The notes beneath the pieces were generated by a model. That model did no database searches and was not told where the DNA came from. It worked only from the letters and a program-made list of their open reading frames with translations. This document shows, piece by piece, positions 44,522 through 53,722 of a DNA stretch of 64,000 bases (position 1 is its first letter; each line of letters starts with the position of its first letter). A program made the position numbers and the translations under genes. Source of the stretch: an archaeon (GTDB lineage Archaea; Undinarchaeota; Undinarchaeia; Undinarchaeales; JBDRKL01); the NCBI GenBank assembly GCA_043814055.1, contig JBDRKL010000004.1, positions 80,518 to 144,517 on the forward strand, read 5' to 3'.

Positions 44522-45044
44522 CTCTTCTGCTTGGAGATATTGCAAGCTTTTCAAGTTCGCCCAGTTTAGGGTTTGTGTGCCCGCATTTCTGGCAGACAAA
44601 AACTATCTTGGAATGCTCTGGCCGCCCGTCTATGAAATCCTTGTACCTGTCCTTGATATAATTAAAATATTTCTGAGCCGCAGCCTCGGTCTTTGCTGAA
44701 AATATCATGCTCCACTCAAAATCTCCAAACAACATATAAACATCAATTACTTCAACACCCATCTCAGCAGCAACTTCTCCTCCTTTGAGTCCGCTTATTA
44801 TCTTGTTCAGGCCTGCCTTGGTCGGCGGACTGGCCTTGAAAAGAACCATATAAGTGGTCCAGCCCATCTTGGTGCAGTCGGTAAGCGCTGAATATCCTAT
44901 TATGACCTGCTCGTCTTCAAGAGCTTTTCTAGTTCGGAAGACTGTACTCTGGGCGCAATTTAATTTTTTAGCTATTGCAGAGTCGCTCTGCCGCGCGTCT
45001 TTCTTTAATTCCTTTAGAACTTTTTCGCGTATTTCATCTTTCAT
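44496..45044 (-). CDS. Lrp/AsnC family transcriptional regulator
   Basis: LKKDARQSDSAIAKKL HTH, GYSAL, GDFEW. Confidence 0.88.
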   Translation of the reverse strand: MKDEIREKVLKELKKDARQSDSAIAKKLNCAQSTVFRTRKALEDEQVIIGYSALTDCTKMGWTTYMVLFKASPPTKAGLNKIISGLKGGEVAAEMGVEVIDVYMLFGDFEWSMIFSAKTEAAAQKYFNYIKDRYKDFIDGRPEHSKIVFVCQKCGHTNPKLGELEKLAISPSRRATSLCASP

Positions 45045-45107
45045 AACTCCACAATTCTCTCAAAACTATTATTTAAAACTTTCTTTCTATGCGATCCAGT
45101 GCATAAT

Positions 45108-45635
45108 CTAATTTCGCGTCTTGCAAACTGCCTTAATCCTTTCAAGGACAAGCGGGTTTTTCAAAACATCCTCGCCCTTCTTTTTCAAAACTCCAACCCC
45201 GCCGATAAAAATCATCTGGTGCGCTCTGGCGAATTTTTCCATTGCTGTTATTGTGCCCTGTATTGAATCCTTGCTCGCTTCTCCGGATGCTCCTGCAATT
45301 ACGTTCTTCCCCCTCAGCGAAAGTTTTTGGTACAAATAATTAGTCCTGTCCATAAAGTTTTTCATAAGACCTGAGACATTGTCAAAATAGCAAGGGCTCC
45401 CAAGCACAATCGTGTCTGCCTTTAGCAGTTCAACCTCAAGCGTTTTCATACCATCCCGGATTACACACTTCTTGGTTTCCTGGCATTTGTCACAGCCATT
45501 GCACTGCTTCAGTTTAAGGTCTCTCAGCGCGATGAATTTCCTCTTCGTGCCAAGCTCTTTCATAATCGCCTTGACAAGCTTGTCAGTGTTGCCGTTCTCC
45601 ACGGGGCTTCCTGATATGCCGAGTATGTAGGTCAT
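45108..45635 (-). CDS. Flavodoxin-like iron-sulfur flavoprotein
   Basis: GISGSP..GNT, CNGCDKCQETKKC, LGSPCYF; real start 45635. Confidence 0.9.
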   Translation of the reverse strand: MTYILGISGSPVENGNTDKLVKAIMKELGTKRKFIALRDLKLKQCNGCDKCQETKKCVIRDGMKTLEVELLKADTIVLGSPCYFDNVSGLMKNFMDRTNYLYQKLSLRGKNVIAGASGEASKDSIQGTITAMEKFARAHQMIFIGGVGVLKKKGEDVLKNPLVLERIKAVCKTRN

Positions 45636-45669
45636 GAGTAAAATGGTTTGGGTATAAACCAATTTGCAC

Positions 45670-45729
45670 GGTAGCGGTGCAGCATCACCAATTTGATGCA
45701 CCGCACTTTCCCTCCGCAAGTAGGCGGAG
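45670..45729 (+). repeat. Multi-hairpin repeat element (type A) abutting tRNA-Gly CCA
   Basis: GGTA, stem GCGGTGCA/TGCACCGC, loop GCATCACCAATTTGA, 7-nt linker, CTCCGCAAGTAGGCGGAG 45712-29. Confidence 0.85.
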
Positions 45730-45910
45730 TGGTGCGCCGGCCGGGACTTGAACCCGGGTCGCAGCCTGTTTGCAACCCACTTCGCAGATTTACTGCCGCG
45801 AAGCGGCTCCGAATCGCGTAGCGATTCGTTTTTTGGTCGAGCTTTTTGCGCGCGTAAGCGCGGAAAAAGGTCGTGGCAAGGCTGAATCATAGCCGCTAGA
45901 CCACCAGCGC
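45730..45910 (-). tRNA. tRNA-Gly(GCC) with 106-nt intron at 37/38 (45768-45873), CCA encoded
   Basis: Acceptor GCGCTGG/CCGGCGC, anticodon stem CAGCC/GGCTG, BHB helix TTGC/GCAA, T arm CCGGG-TTCAAGT-CCCGG. Confidence 0.92.
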
Positions 45911-45949
45911 ATTGACTCTTACAGAGTCTTTTTCAATACTTAAGAGTTC

Positions 45950-46024
45950 TGGTGGGCCCGACCGGAATTGAACCGGTGACCTTTTCCACGTCAAGGAAAT
46001 GTCATACCACTAGACCCCGGGCCC
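45950..46024 (-). tRNA. tRNA-Val(GAC), CCA encoded, G at position 8
   Basis: GGGCCCG/CGGGCCC, TTTCC-TTGACGT-GGAAA, ACCGG-TTCAATT-CCGGT. Confidence 0.92.
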
Positions 46025-46102
46025 GTATCCAGGGTTTAGCACCCTACCCTGGAAGTATTATAGAGGGGTTGGAGTGTATAAATATATTTGGTAGGCATCA
46101 GT

Positions 46103-46285
46103 TTACCATGGCAGCATTCCAACGAGCGCGAGAACCAGAATAACAATAAGTGCTAAACTGCTGAAAGCTGCAATCTCTACTCCAAATTCTGGTCCTTTTA
46201 ACAGGGTCAACGCAAGTATTACAATGAGTCCATTGCAGACCACTACGAGTAGAGGGTTATGATGCCCTTTCCGGTTTAGAATCAT
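46103..46285 (-). CDS. Small two-TM hypothetical protein
   Basis: 60 aa with two hydrophobic segments; could be a fragment. Confidence 0.4.
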   Translation of the reverse strand: MILNRKGHHNPLLVVVCNGLIVILALTLLKGPEFGVEIAAFSSLALIVILVLALVGMLPW

Positions 46286-46525
46286 GATTGTTCAAATAAT
46301 TGTCTTTGCTTTTATATATTATTTTCTAGACTGGAGTATACAGAACGCGTATGTCCCCAAGCCCGCTCAACATCAGGATTTAAACAACTTTTTCTTACAG
46401 CGCAAATACGCCTTTTTTAAACGCTTTGCATACGCTGGATGAAATGTTAAGAAGACAAGAATCGCCATGCCTATAATGCTTATTCCAAGTATTATTGCAA
46501 TTTTTTCTGTTGCCATCTTATTTTT

Positions 46526-47038
46526 TCACACTCCAATATTTTGCAGCAAGTCAATCAAACTGCTTGGCGTTACAACGCCTCTGACTTTCTTATTCTTGTC
46601 TAAGACAGGGATGTAGTGAAAACCCTCTTTATATACCAACTCTATTACTTTGTTGATAGGAGTGTCCAGGCTTACTACAGAGCTGTGTTTATTTATCAAC
46701 TCTTTGGCATTTTTGTACTGGAATTCCCTTATGTAGCCAACATTCAGCAATTGTACAAGCGGTTCATATTTTACCTGATGCAAAAACAGTTTAATCATGT
46801 CTTCGTCGCTAATTTCCCCTACAAACTCATCCTCTTTTGTAACTACTATGCAAACATTCGTGTCCTCCCTTTTTAGTTTGTTTAGTATTTTTTCTGCGTC
46901 ATCGTCAGGATGAAGGAGAACAGGTCTGATCATTGCATCTTTCGCAGTCAATCCGCCTACACCTGCAATTTCAGAAATAGCTACAGCGTCTTTCTTTCTT
47001 AACTTTCTATTAAAATCTGCAGACTTTATTTTTTTCAT
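46526..47038 (-). CDS. CBS domain pair protein
   Basis: LTAKDAMI, FVGEISDED, IPVLDKNKKVRGVVT. Confidence 0.9.
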   Translation of the reverse strand: MKKIKSADFNRKLRKKDAVAISEIAGVGGLTAKDAMIRPVLLHPDDDAEKILNKLKREDTNVCIVVTKEDEFVGEISDEDMIKLFLHQVKYEPLVQLLNVGYIREFQYKNAKELINKHSSVVSLDTPINKVIELVYKEGFHYIPVLDKNKKVRGVVTPSSLIDLLQNIGV

Positions 47039-47373
47039 TCCGCCCCCCTCTTTTTAACAATTTTATCATATACCTTAAACAACTCCTTAATCTCTTTTAT
47101 TTTAAGGGAATAGAATTTCTCAGGCGGCTTTTCCTCGGAATTTACAAAACCAAAATCATACAGCAGTTTCAGGTGCTTGGACGCAGAAGACTCGGTTAGG
47201 TTTAGTTTCTCAGCTATTTCATGGACAGATACCTTTTCTTTCTGGCAAAGTATATGCAACATGTCCCTTCTTGCCCTGGACCTTATCGCTCTGGCAAGTT
47301 GTTCATCCGGCATAATTTTGTGTAAGCTTGGCGACTTTTTAAGTGTTTCTATGTTGCACAACTGAGCAACCAA
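47035..47373 (-). CDS. ArsR family transcriptional regulator
   Basis: RARRDML..SVHEIAEKLNLTESSASKHLKLL. Confidence 0.88.
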   Translation of the reverse strand: MVAQLCNIETLKKSPSLHKIMPDEQLARAIRSRARRDMLHILCQKEKVSVHEIAEKLNLTESSASKHLKLLYDFGFVNSEEKPPEKFYSLKIKEIKELFKVYDKIVKKRGAE

Positions 47374-47426
47374 AAAACTGAAAAAGTTTGGATTTTTGCC
47401 GTGCCTTTATATGCAAATGAGGCGAT

Positions 47427-47960
47427 TTACACAGGAACTAGGTCATATAATTTATTCAAATCAGGGTTTACTTTCCCTTCCCTTATGAGCGGGAAGTCCA
47501 CGTTTACCATTACGGGTTTTTCAATGAGATACGTTTGGTATGCCATTCGAACAGCGTTGTAGTATCTTCTTGCTCTCGCGTGGTCGGGAGCTGAGAAACA
47601 CACTATAAAATCATACTCACCGTTGACATACAACATGTCTTTTACTATGACGTTTTGCTTCTTTGGTTCGTCTTCAACAATTCTTTTTATAAGTATTTCC
47701 ACGAATTTGTTGGTCATGGGTTTACACTTCATCATGAGCTGGTATAACCCGTGTTTCATCTTGGTGTCGTCAATCACTGCTGTGTAACCCCATATAATTT
47801 TTTCTTCTTCGAGCTCTTTTTTCTTTCGCCAAACCCTCTGCCTGTGGCTCTTTAACTCTTTTGCAATCTCGCGTATGCTCTGCGTTGGGTCATCAAGCAG
47901 ACATTTTAGCAGTCTAGATGTGTATATTTCTTTGTTATTTTTTGACTCTTTTTCGGTCAT
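47427..47960 (-). CDS. Lrp/AsnC family transcriptional regulator
   Basis: QSIREIAKEL HTH, WGYTAVID, NGEYDF; paralogue of 44496-45044. Confidence 0.88.
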   Translation of the reverse strand: MTEKESKNNKEIYTSRLLKCLLDDPTQSIREIAKELKSHRQRVWRKKKELEEEKIIWGYTAVIDDTKMKHGLYQLMMKCKPMTNKFVEILIKRIVEDEPKKQNVIVKDMLYVNGEYDFIVCFSAPDHARARRYYNAVRMAYQTYLIEKPVMVNVDFPLIREGKVNPDLNKLYDLVPV

Positions 47961-48208
47961 TTTAATACCATTTGTAACATATTAAGTACAAAACCTTTAT
48001 ATATGTATATTGTATTTAATAATTGTTGCGAGTTAGAGGCGTTGCACACCGCAAGGCGTGTGATGGAATCTGCTTTGAAAATAAGTAGGGGAACCGTGTA
48101 AAAAGCGGGTTTCTGGCTCGTAGCACTCTTATTTATATGTGAGTTCAACATTGTGATTCGACAGTTTTATAAAGCCCAACGCTTGATTATTCAATTAGTG
48201 TAATAAAA

Positions 48209-50935
48209 GTGACCCTATCTAAAAACATTAATTGGCACCACAAGAACGTGGAACACGTTCTAAGCGAGCTTAGTACAACAAGAAAAGGGTTGTCAAGCAA
48301 TGAGGCGGACAAGCGGCTTAAGGAGCACGGCTACAATGACCTCGGGAAGTTTGAAAAGGTTTCGGCTTGGAGGGTTTTTCTAAGGCAGTTCAAGAGCTTT
48401 ATCATATATGTTTTATTGTTTGCAGCAGCTGTTTCATTCTTTATCGGGGACCACACTGAGTTCTCAGTTATCTCCGGCATAATACTATTTGTTGTTATTT
48501 TGAGTTTTATAGAAGAGTACACAGCATCCAAGGATATGGATGCCCTGAAGAAGCTCACACCCATTATGGCAAGGGTGCTGCGCGATGGACAGGCCAAAAC
48601 CATTCACTCTAGAGAACTTGCCCCAGGAGATGTTATTCTCCTTAAGAGCGGTGATCGCGTTCCTGCCGACGCGCGCTTGATAAGCGCTAATAGTCTCAAA
48701 ATAGACGAGTCCATGCTCACCGGCGAGTCAAAATCTGTTTTGAAAAACACAGACTCGCTGAGCGGTAAGGTGTCTCTTGCGGATATGAAGAACATGGTGT
48801 TCTCAAGCACATTAGTCGTTGGCGGAGGCTGTGAAGCAATAGTTGTTGGAACTGGCCGCTCAACAGAAGTTGGAAAAATCTCTGGCATGCTGAACAGCAT
48901 TGTGGATATTGAGACTCCACTCCAGAAGCGGATGGACAAATTTGGAAAGCAAATCGCTGTTGGCGTGTTTGCCCTTTGTGCCCTCATCTTCGTTTTGGGC
49001 ATTTGGCGTGGAGAGCCAATCGCCGGCTTGCTCTTGATATGCGTTGCGATGTGCGTGGCTGGAATACCTGAGAGCCTCCCAACGATAATCGCAGTCACAC
49101 TGGCTGTTGGCGTCAAGAACATGGCAAAACAGAATGCCATAATTAGGAGGCTTCCTGCTGTTGAAACTCTTGGCGCAACCACGGTCATCTGTACTGATAA
49201 AACTGGAACGCTCACGCAGAACAAGATGGTCATTGAGAACATTTGGACAATGGATACAGAAGTGAATGTCACTGGCGTTGGCTTCAATCCAAAGGGGCTG
49301 TTCTTGCGAGAGGGCGTAAAGATAAACCCCAATAGGCACAACACCATCTCAAAGCTTTTGGAGATAGGCGTTATGTGCAACAACGCCAATCTTCTGAAAA
49401 AGAAAAAAGATTGGCTTATTGACGGTGAAGCGCGCGAAGGTGCTTTTATAGTCCTAGCAAAGAAAGCCGGCATAGAGAAGATAGAATTTCATAAAAAACA
49501 CCCGAGAATTCACGAGCATCCCTTTGACCCTGTTAGGCGGTGCATGACGACCATTCACCACGTAAAAGATATTCCTATTGTGTATACAAAAGGCGCTCCA
49601 TCAAGCGTGCTCGAAAAGAGCGATTTCTATCTCGATGGCGGGAAGATAAAGAAAATGACGCGGAATGAAAAAGAGCTCATTCTCAAAAAGAGCGATTTCT
49701 ACGCCTCTAAGGGTCTTCACGTCATGGCGCTGGCTTACAAGGAACACAAAGGCGAAACTATGGAGCTTTTCAGAGTTGAGAAAGGGCTGATATTCGCGGG
49801 TCTTGCGTCAATGCGCGACCCTCCTGAGCCGTCGGCGAAGGAATCTATTATTAACTGCAAGGAGGCAGGAATCCGGGTGGTAATGCTTACAGGAGATAAT
49901 CGTGAGACAGCGAAGGCTATCGCAGAGGATTTAGACATATACAAGGTTGGCGACAGGGTGGTAGAGGGCGTTGAGCTTGATGAGATGGACGACACGGCTC
50001 TTAAAAAGATTATTAATGAGATTAGTGTTTTTGCGCGGGTAACCCCCAAGCACAAGCTTAGGATTGTTGAGTGCCTTCAGGATCTTGGGCATGTTGTGGC
50101 GATGACAGGCGACGGCGTGAATGATGCCCCTGCTTTGAAGAAGGCTGACATTGGGGTGGCGATGGGTCGCTGCGGCACAGAGGTTGCGAAAGAGGCATCA
50201 GAGATGGTTCTGAAGGATGATAACTTCACGACGATAGTGAATGCTATAAAAGAGGGGAGAAACGTATATTTGAACATACAGAAGACAGTGTATTACCTTT
50301 TGGCAACGAACTTCTCAGAAGTTATATTAATCCTGGTCGCGGTGCTGCTCGGAGCGCACGCTCCGCTTACAGCGCTCATGATTCTTTTCATAAACCTGGT
50401 GGGGGACGAGTTGCCGGCGCTCAGCCTTGCGTTCCAGAGGCCGTCAAAGAGTATAATGAAACAGAAACCTCGCGACATAAAAGAGGGTATCCTGAGTGAC
50501 TATCTGCTGCTGAAGCTGGTAGAGCCAGTACCTCTGATGGTTTTGGGAACGCTTCTTTTGTACATTTGGACAATAGCAACAACAGGTTCCTTCGTGAAGG
50601 CACAGACAGTTGCCTTTGCAACTATCATAATGTTTGAGATTTTCCACACGCTAAACGCAAGGAGCTGGCAGGAGACTGCGCTATCCAAGAAAGTGCTGCT
50701 GGATCCGTTACCTCTCCTCGGCATGGCGAGCTCGTTTATCGCCACTTTGATTGTTATATATGCACCGTTCTTCCAGGGAGTATTCGGCACGGTTTCGCTT
50801 GCTCTAACGGAGTGGATCATAATAATAGTAGCCGCATCTTCAATCCTATTCTATAGGGAGATTGAAAAATCCGTGCTTAACGCGGAGATACAAGAACGAA
50901 CCAAGTCGTCTATTTACCCTACACGGGAAGTATAA
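48209..50935 (+). CDS. P-type (P2A-like) cation-transporting ATPase
   Basis: TGES, PESLP, DKTGTLT, KGAP, TGDN, GDGVNDAPALK. Confidence 0.95.
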   Translation: MTLSKNINWHHKNVEHVLSELSTTRKGLSSNEADKRLKEHGYNDLGKFEKVSAWRVFLRQFKSFIIYVLLFAAAVSFFIGDHTEFSVISGIILFVVILSFIEEYTASKDMDALKKLTPIMARVLRDGQAKTIHSRELAPGDVILLKSGDRVPADARLISANSLKIDESMLTGESKSVLKNTDSLSGKVSLADMKNMVFSSTLVVGGGCEAIVVGTGRSTEVGKISGMLNSIVDIETPLQKRMDKFGKQIAVGVFALCALIFVLGIWRGEPIAGLLLICVAMCVAGIPESLPTIIAVTLAVGVKNMAKQNAIIRRLPAVETLGATTVICTDKTGTLTQNKMVIENIWTMDTEVNVTGVGFNPKGLFLREGVKINPNRHNTISKLLEIGVMCNNANLLKKKKDWLIDGEAREGAFIVLAKKAGIEKIEFHKKHPRIHEHPFDPVRRCMTTIHHVKDIPIVYTKGAPSSVLEKSDFYLDGGKIKKMTRNEKELILKKSDFYASKGLHVMALAYKEHKGETMELFRVEKGLIFAGLASMRDPPEPSAKESIINCKEAGIRVVMLTGDNRETAKAIAEDLDIYKVGDRVVEGVELDEMDDTALKKIINEISVFARVTPKHKLRIVECLQDLGHVVAMTGDGVNDAPALKKADIGVAMGRCGTEVAKEASEMVLKDDNFTTIVNAIKEGRNVYLNIQKTVYYLLATNFSEVILILVAVLLGAHAPLTALMILFINLVGDELPALSLAFQRPSKSIMKQKPRDIKEGILSDYLLLKLVEPVPLMVLGTLLLYIWTIATTGSFVKAQTVAFATIIMFEIFHTLNARSWQETALSKKVLLDPLPLLGMASSFIATLIVIYAPFFQGVFGTVSLALTEWIIIIVAASSILFYREIEKSVLNAEIQERTKSSIYPTREV

Positions 50936-50975
50936 AATTAGTACTTACATAAGCCCCTAGGCCAGTATCGTGACC

Positions 50976-50988
50976 GAGCTACAGTCCC
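50976..50988 (-). repeat. 13-bp copy of tRNA-Phe 5' end
   Basis: GGGACTGTAGCTC on minus strand identical to 59605-59617; no cloverleaf follows. Confidence 0.35.
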
Positions 50989-51157
50989 ACAAACTTTTAA
51001 CCGGTTAGCTATCCTTCTGGATAACTATGCTGAAAAGTTTGATCAAAAATAGGCCATATCAAGTTTGTGATGCTATAGCCTTATTGGTCTGGTCAATCTG
51101 TTGCGCTGTTTTCCATAGGCACTAAAGTATATAAGATTTCCCACATTACACATCTTC

Positions 51158-52369
51158 ATGCCAGCAGAAATGCTCCCAACAGTGACCTATTTCGCCACGC
51201 TCCTCGGCTTCGGCGTACTGGTCACAGGATTGTCGCGCCGTGTGAACATCCCCGAGGCAGTCTTCATGCTCCTTGTCGGCCTTGCGTTCAGCCCGACATT
51301 CTTTAACCTCGTGGACATAAACCTAATGGGTGACATTCCGGAATTTCTCAGAACCCTTGCCTTAATCATAATCGTTTTCGCATCCTCATTCCATCTCAAG
51401 CTTGACACATTCAAGAAGGTCTCAAACATTTCCCTAAAGATGTCCTTCGGCGGCTTCTTCTTCACAATGTTCTTTATGGCACTCTGCGCCCATTTCATAT
51501 TCGGGCTTTCTACACTAGGTTCGCTCCTGCTCGGTTCAATAGTAGGCGGAACATCCTCTGCCGCGATATACACTTTTCGTGGCGCTCTGGAGAAGGAAAA
51601 GCACGCCTTTGACATCCTCACTGTGGAATCAATCTTCACCGACCCGCTCACAGTCCTGGTTCCAGTGCTTCTGCTCAGCGCAATCACAGGCGGGGTAACT
51701 TCAGGAACATTTTACATCTCTCAGTTCTGGCAGATGATTGCAGCCGGCGTCGGAACCGGTGTAGTGATTGGATTTGCAGCGGTTGAGGTGTTCAAGCACA
51801 CTCAGCGCGAACTTTCTCCAATACTTAGCTTCGCAATAGCAATGATAACCTATGCAATGGCCAGCAACGTAGGCGGTTCTGGGATCCTTGCAGTTGCATT
51901 GTGCGCGATGATACTCGGCAATCTCAAAATTCCGCACAAGGAAATAATCGGCGAGTTTGAGGATTCACTCTCCATAATGCTCACCATCTCAGTCTTCACC
52001 CTCCTCGGCGCGCAAATCTCACTCTCATTTGGAGATGGCCTACTTTTCAAGGAAATTATCTTCCTCGCAATTCTCATATTCTTCGCCCGCCCGGTGCTTG
52101 CAATACTCTCACTCGCAAAGACAAACACAAACCTCCCTGACACATTGCTCATTGCGTTCACCGGCCCGCGCGGCGTGGCTTCTGCGGCAATGGCTGCAAT
52201 TCCGGTTACTTTCGCCCTGCGCGAGAATATTGAATGGCTCATTCCAGAAGCAGAGCTCATCCTCCTAACAACATTCATGGTAATCCTCTTCACAATGCTC
52301 TCAAGCACAATAGTTGGTTTTATTTTCTCAAGAATAGGCAGTAGTGCTGAAGAGCAAAATTCTAATTAG
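51158..52369 (+). CDS. CPA1 (NhaP-like) cation/proton antiporter
   Basis: About 12 TM; TSSAA, VESIFTDP, FARP, GPRGVASA. Confidence 0.92.
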   Translation: MPAEMLPTVTYFATLLGFGVLVTGLSRRVNIPEAVFMLLVGLAFSPTFFNLVDINLMGDIPEFLRTLALIIIVFASSFHLKLDTFKKVSNISLKMSFGGFFFTMFFMALCAHFIFGLSTLGSLLLGSIVGGTSSAAIYTFRGALEKEKHAFDILTVESIFTDPLTVLVPVLLLSAITGGVTSGTFYISQFWQMIAAGVGTGVVIGFAAVEVFKHTQRELSPILSFAIAMITYAMASNVGGSGILAVALCAMILGNLKIPHKEIIGEFEDSLSIMLTISVFTLLGAQISLSFGDGLLFKEIIFLAILIFFARPVLAILSLAKTNTNLPDTLLIAFTGPRGVASAAMAAIPVTFALRENIEWLIPEAELILLTTFMVILFTMLSSTIVGFIFSRIGSSAEEQNSN

Positions 52370-53181
52370 GCTAGCATTGCTCTTGCCTTGCCCTGAAGCT
52401 TTTCAAGCACTTTCCTGCTGACCTCGGTCTTTCCATACAACTCGCCAATATCGCTTTCCGCCAGCTCTTCTATCAAAAGAATGCCGGCCTTGGAGAGCTT
52501 TTCGTGCACTTTTTTTTCAATGTTCAGAATCGTGAGCGGATATATGCTCTTGTCATCTATCATGCTCCTCAGATCCCCGTCAGGCGGGTAGTTCCAGCCC
52601 ACTAGCAGCGTGCCTTTCGCCTTCGCATATCTTGTACCGTGCTCGGAGAATTTCGTGTTAGTGACCAGCATTATGTTGTCGTAAACCCCTTTGTTCGGAC
52701 CCTTGTTAATGTCATCAAACCGAGCCCAGGTTTGTATCACGGTCCCTAGGTCGCAGAACCTGTGCGGGTTCACGTGGTGTTTGCACTCCACAAGGTACTT
52801 CTTCCCGTCCTTTTCCACAATTACGTCCATCTGGTGCTCTATGCATTCCCCTTGAACTATCTTGTTCCACTCTGTCTCGTAGCCGTGGGCTCTGAACAAG
52901 TGCGATATGTACTTCTCAAACTCGTGCTCGCCCGGCTCAAGCGCCGCGAGTGCCTGCTTGAGCTCGTACTTCTTTGAATGAGCTTGCTCATATTTGTTGA
53001 GCTTTGCCAAAACCCAGGTGAGGATATCTTTTGTAGTTGTTCCTTCCCTGACGTTCTGCTCAACTTCACTTACAATTCGCTCCGCAACATCTTTTGGAAC
53101 TCCAGACCGCTCGCATGTCCTGAGTATTTTTTCCCTGTCAAACTTTGCCCTCTCACCGTTTGCCTTGATTACGTAGACCAT
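52366..53181 (-). CDS. ATP-cone plus Mrr-like PD-(D/E)xK endonuclease fusion
   Basis: VIKANGERAKFDREKI ATP cone; FEKYI..MDV..LVECK nuclease; C-terminal helical domain; start 53181 inferred. Confidence 0.82.
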   Translation of the reverse strand: MVYVIKANGERAKFDREKILRTCERSGVPKDVAERIVSEVEQNVREGTTTKDILTWVLAKLNKYEQAHSKKYELKQALAALEPGEHEFEKYISHLFRAHGYETEWNKIVQGECIEHQMDVIVEKDGKKYLVECKHHVNPHRFCDLGTVIQTWARFDDINKGPNKGVYDNIMLVTNTKFSEHGTRYAKAKGTLLVGWNYPPDGDLRSMIDDKSIYPLTILNIEKKVHEKLSKAGILLIEELAESDIGELYGKTEVSRKVLEKLQGKARAMLA

Positions 53182-53215
53182 AATCCTAATTAACCACACA
53201 GCCCTTATAACCCTT

Positions 53216-53722
53216 ATGCAAATCAGCGTAATTGGCTCCTCAGAAGCATCAAAGGAAGTGCTTGACCTGGCCGAGCAAGTCGGGAAGGAAATTGCCAAGG
53301 CAGGCGCAACTCTAATCTGCGGCGGGACAGGCGGAGTAATGGAGGCCGCGTGCAGGGGCGCGCACAGCGAAGAGGGTATCACAGTCGGGATACTTCCGAA
53401 CGGCAAGGATGGCGCGAACAAGTATGTTGACATAAAAATTCAAACGCATCTCGGTCACATGCGGAACTCGCTGGTAGCAAGTTCAGGAGACGCAGTAATC
53501 GCGATTGCTGGTTCGCTGGGCACGCTTTCTGAGGTGATGTTTGCAATGACTTTCAACAAGCCAATAATACTTCTCAGCGGTTCGGGCGGCATTTCTGACT
53601 ACTGGGAAACCTTTTCCAAGCTTCCTGAAATAAAAGACAAGGCAGAGTACTTTAATGCAAATATTTCATTTGCGAAAACTCCAAAAGAAGCAGTTGAGCT
53701 CGCGCTGAAAGAAATTACTTAG
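53216..53722 (+). CDS. TIGR00725 family (LOG-like) Rossmann protein
   Basis: [28 protein letters not shown]. Confidence 0.9.
   Translation: MQISVIGSSEASKEVLDLAEQVGKEIAKAGATLICGGTGGVMEAACRGAHSEEGITVGILPNGKDGANKYVDIKIQTHLGHMRNSLVASSGDAVIAIAGSLGTLSEVMFAMTFNKPIILLSGSGGISDYWETFSKLPEIKDKAEYFNANISFAKTPKEAVELALKEIT

Noticed and set aside
45636-45890. N-terminal 85 aa of the 260-aa ORF
   Set aside because: Runs through the tRNA-Gly gene and the repeat element; flavodoxin homology starts at 45635
46028-46053. Hairpin TCCAGGGT/ACCCTGGA in the tRNA-Val leader
   Set aside because: Does not fit the element geometry and occurs once; cannot be interpreted
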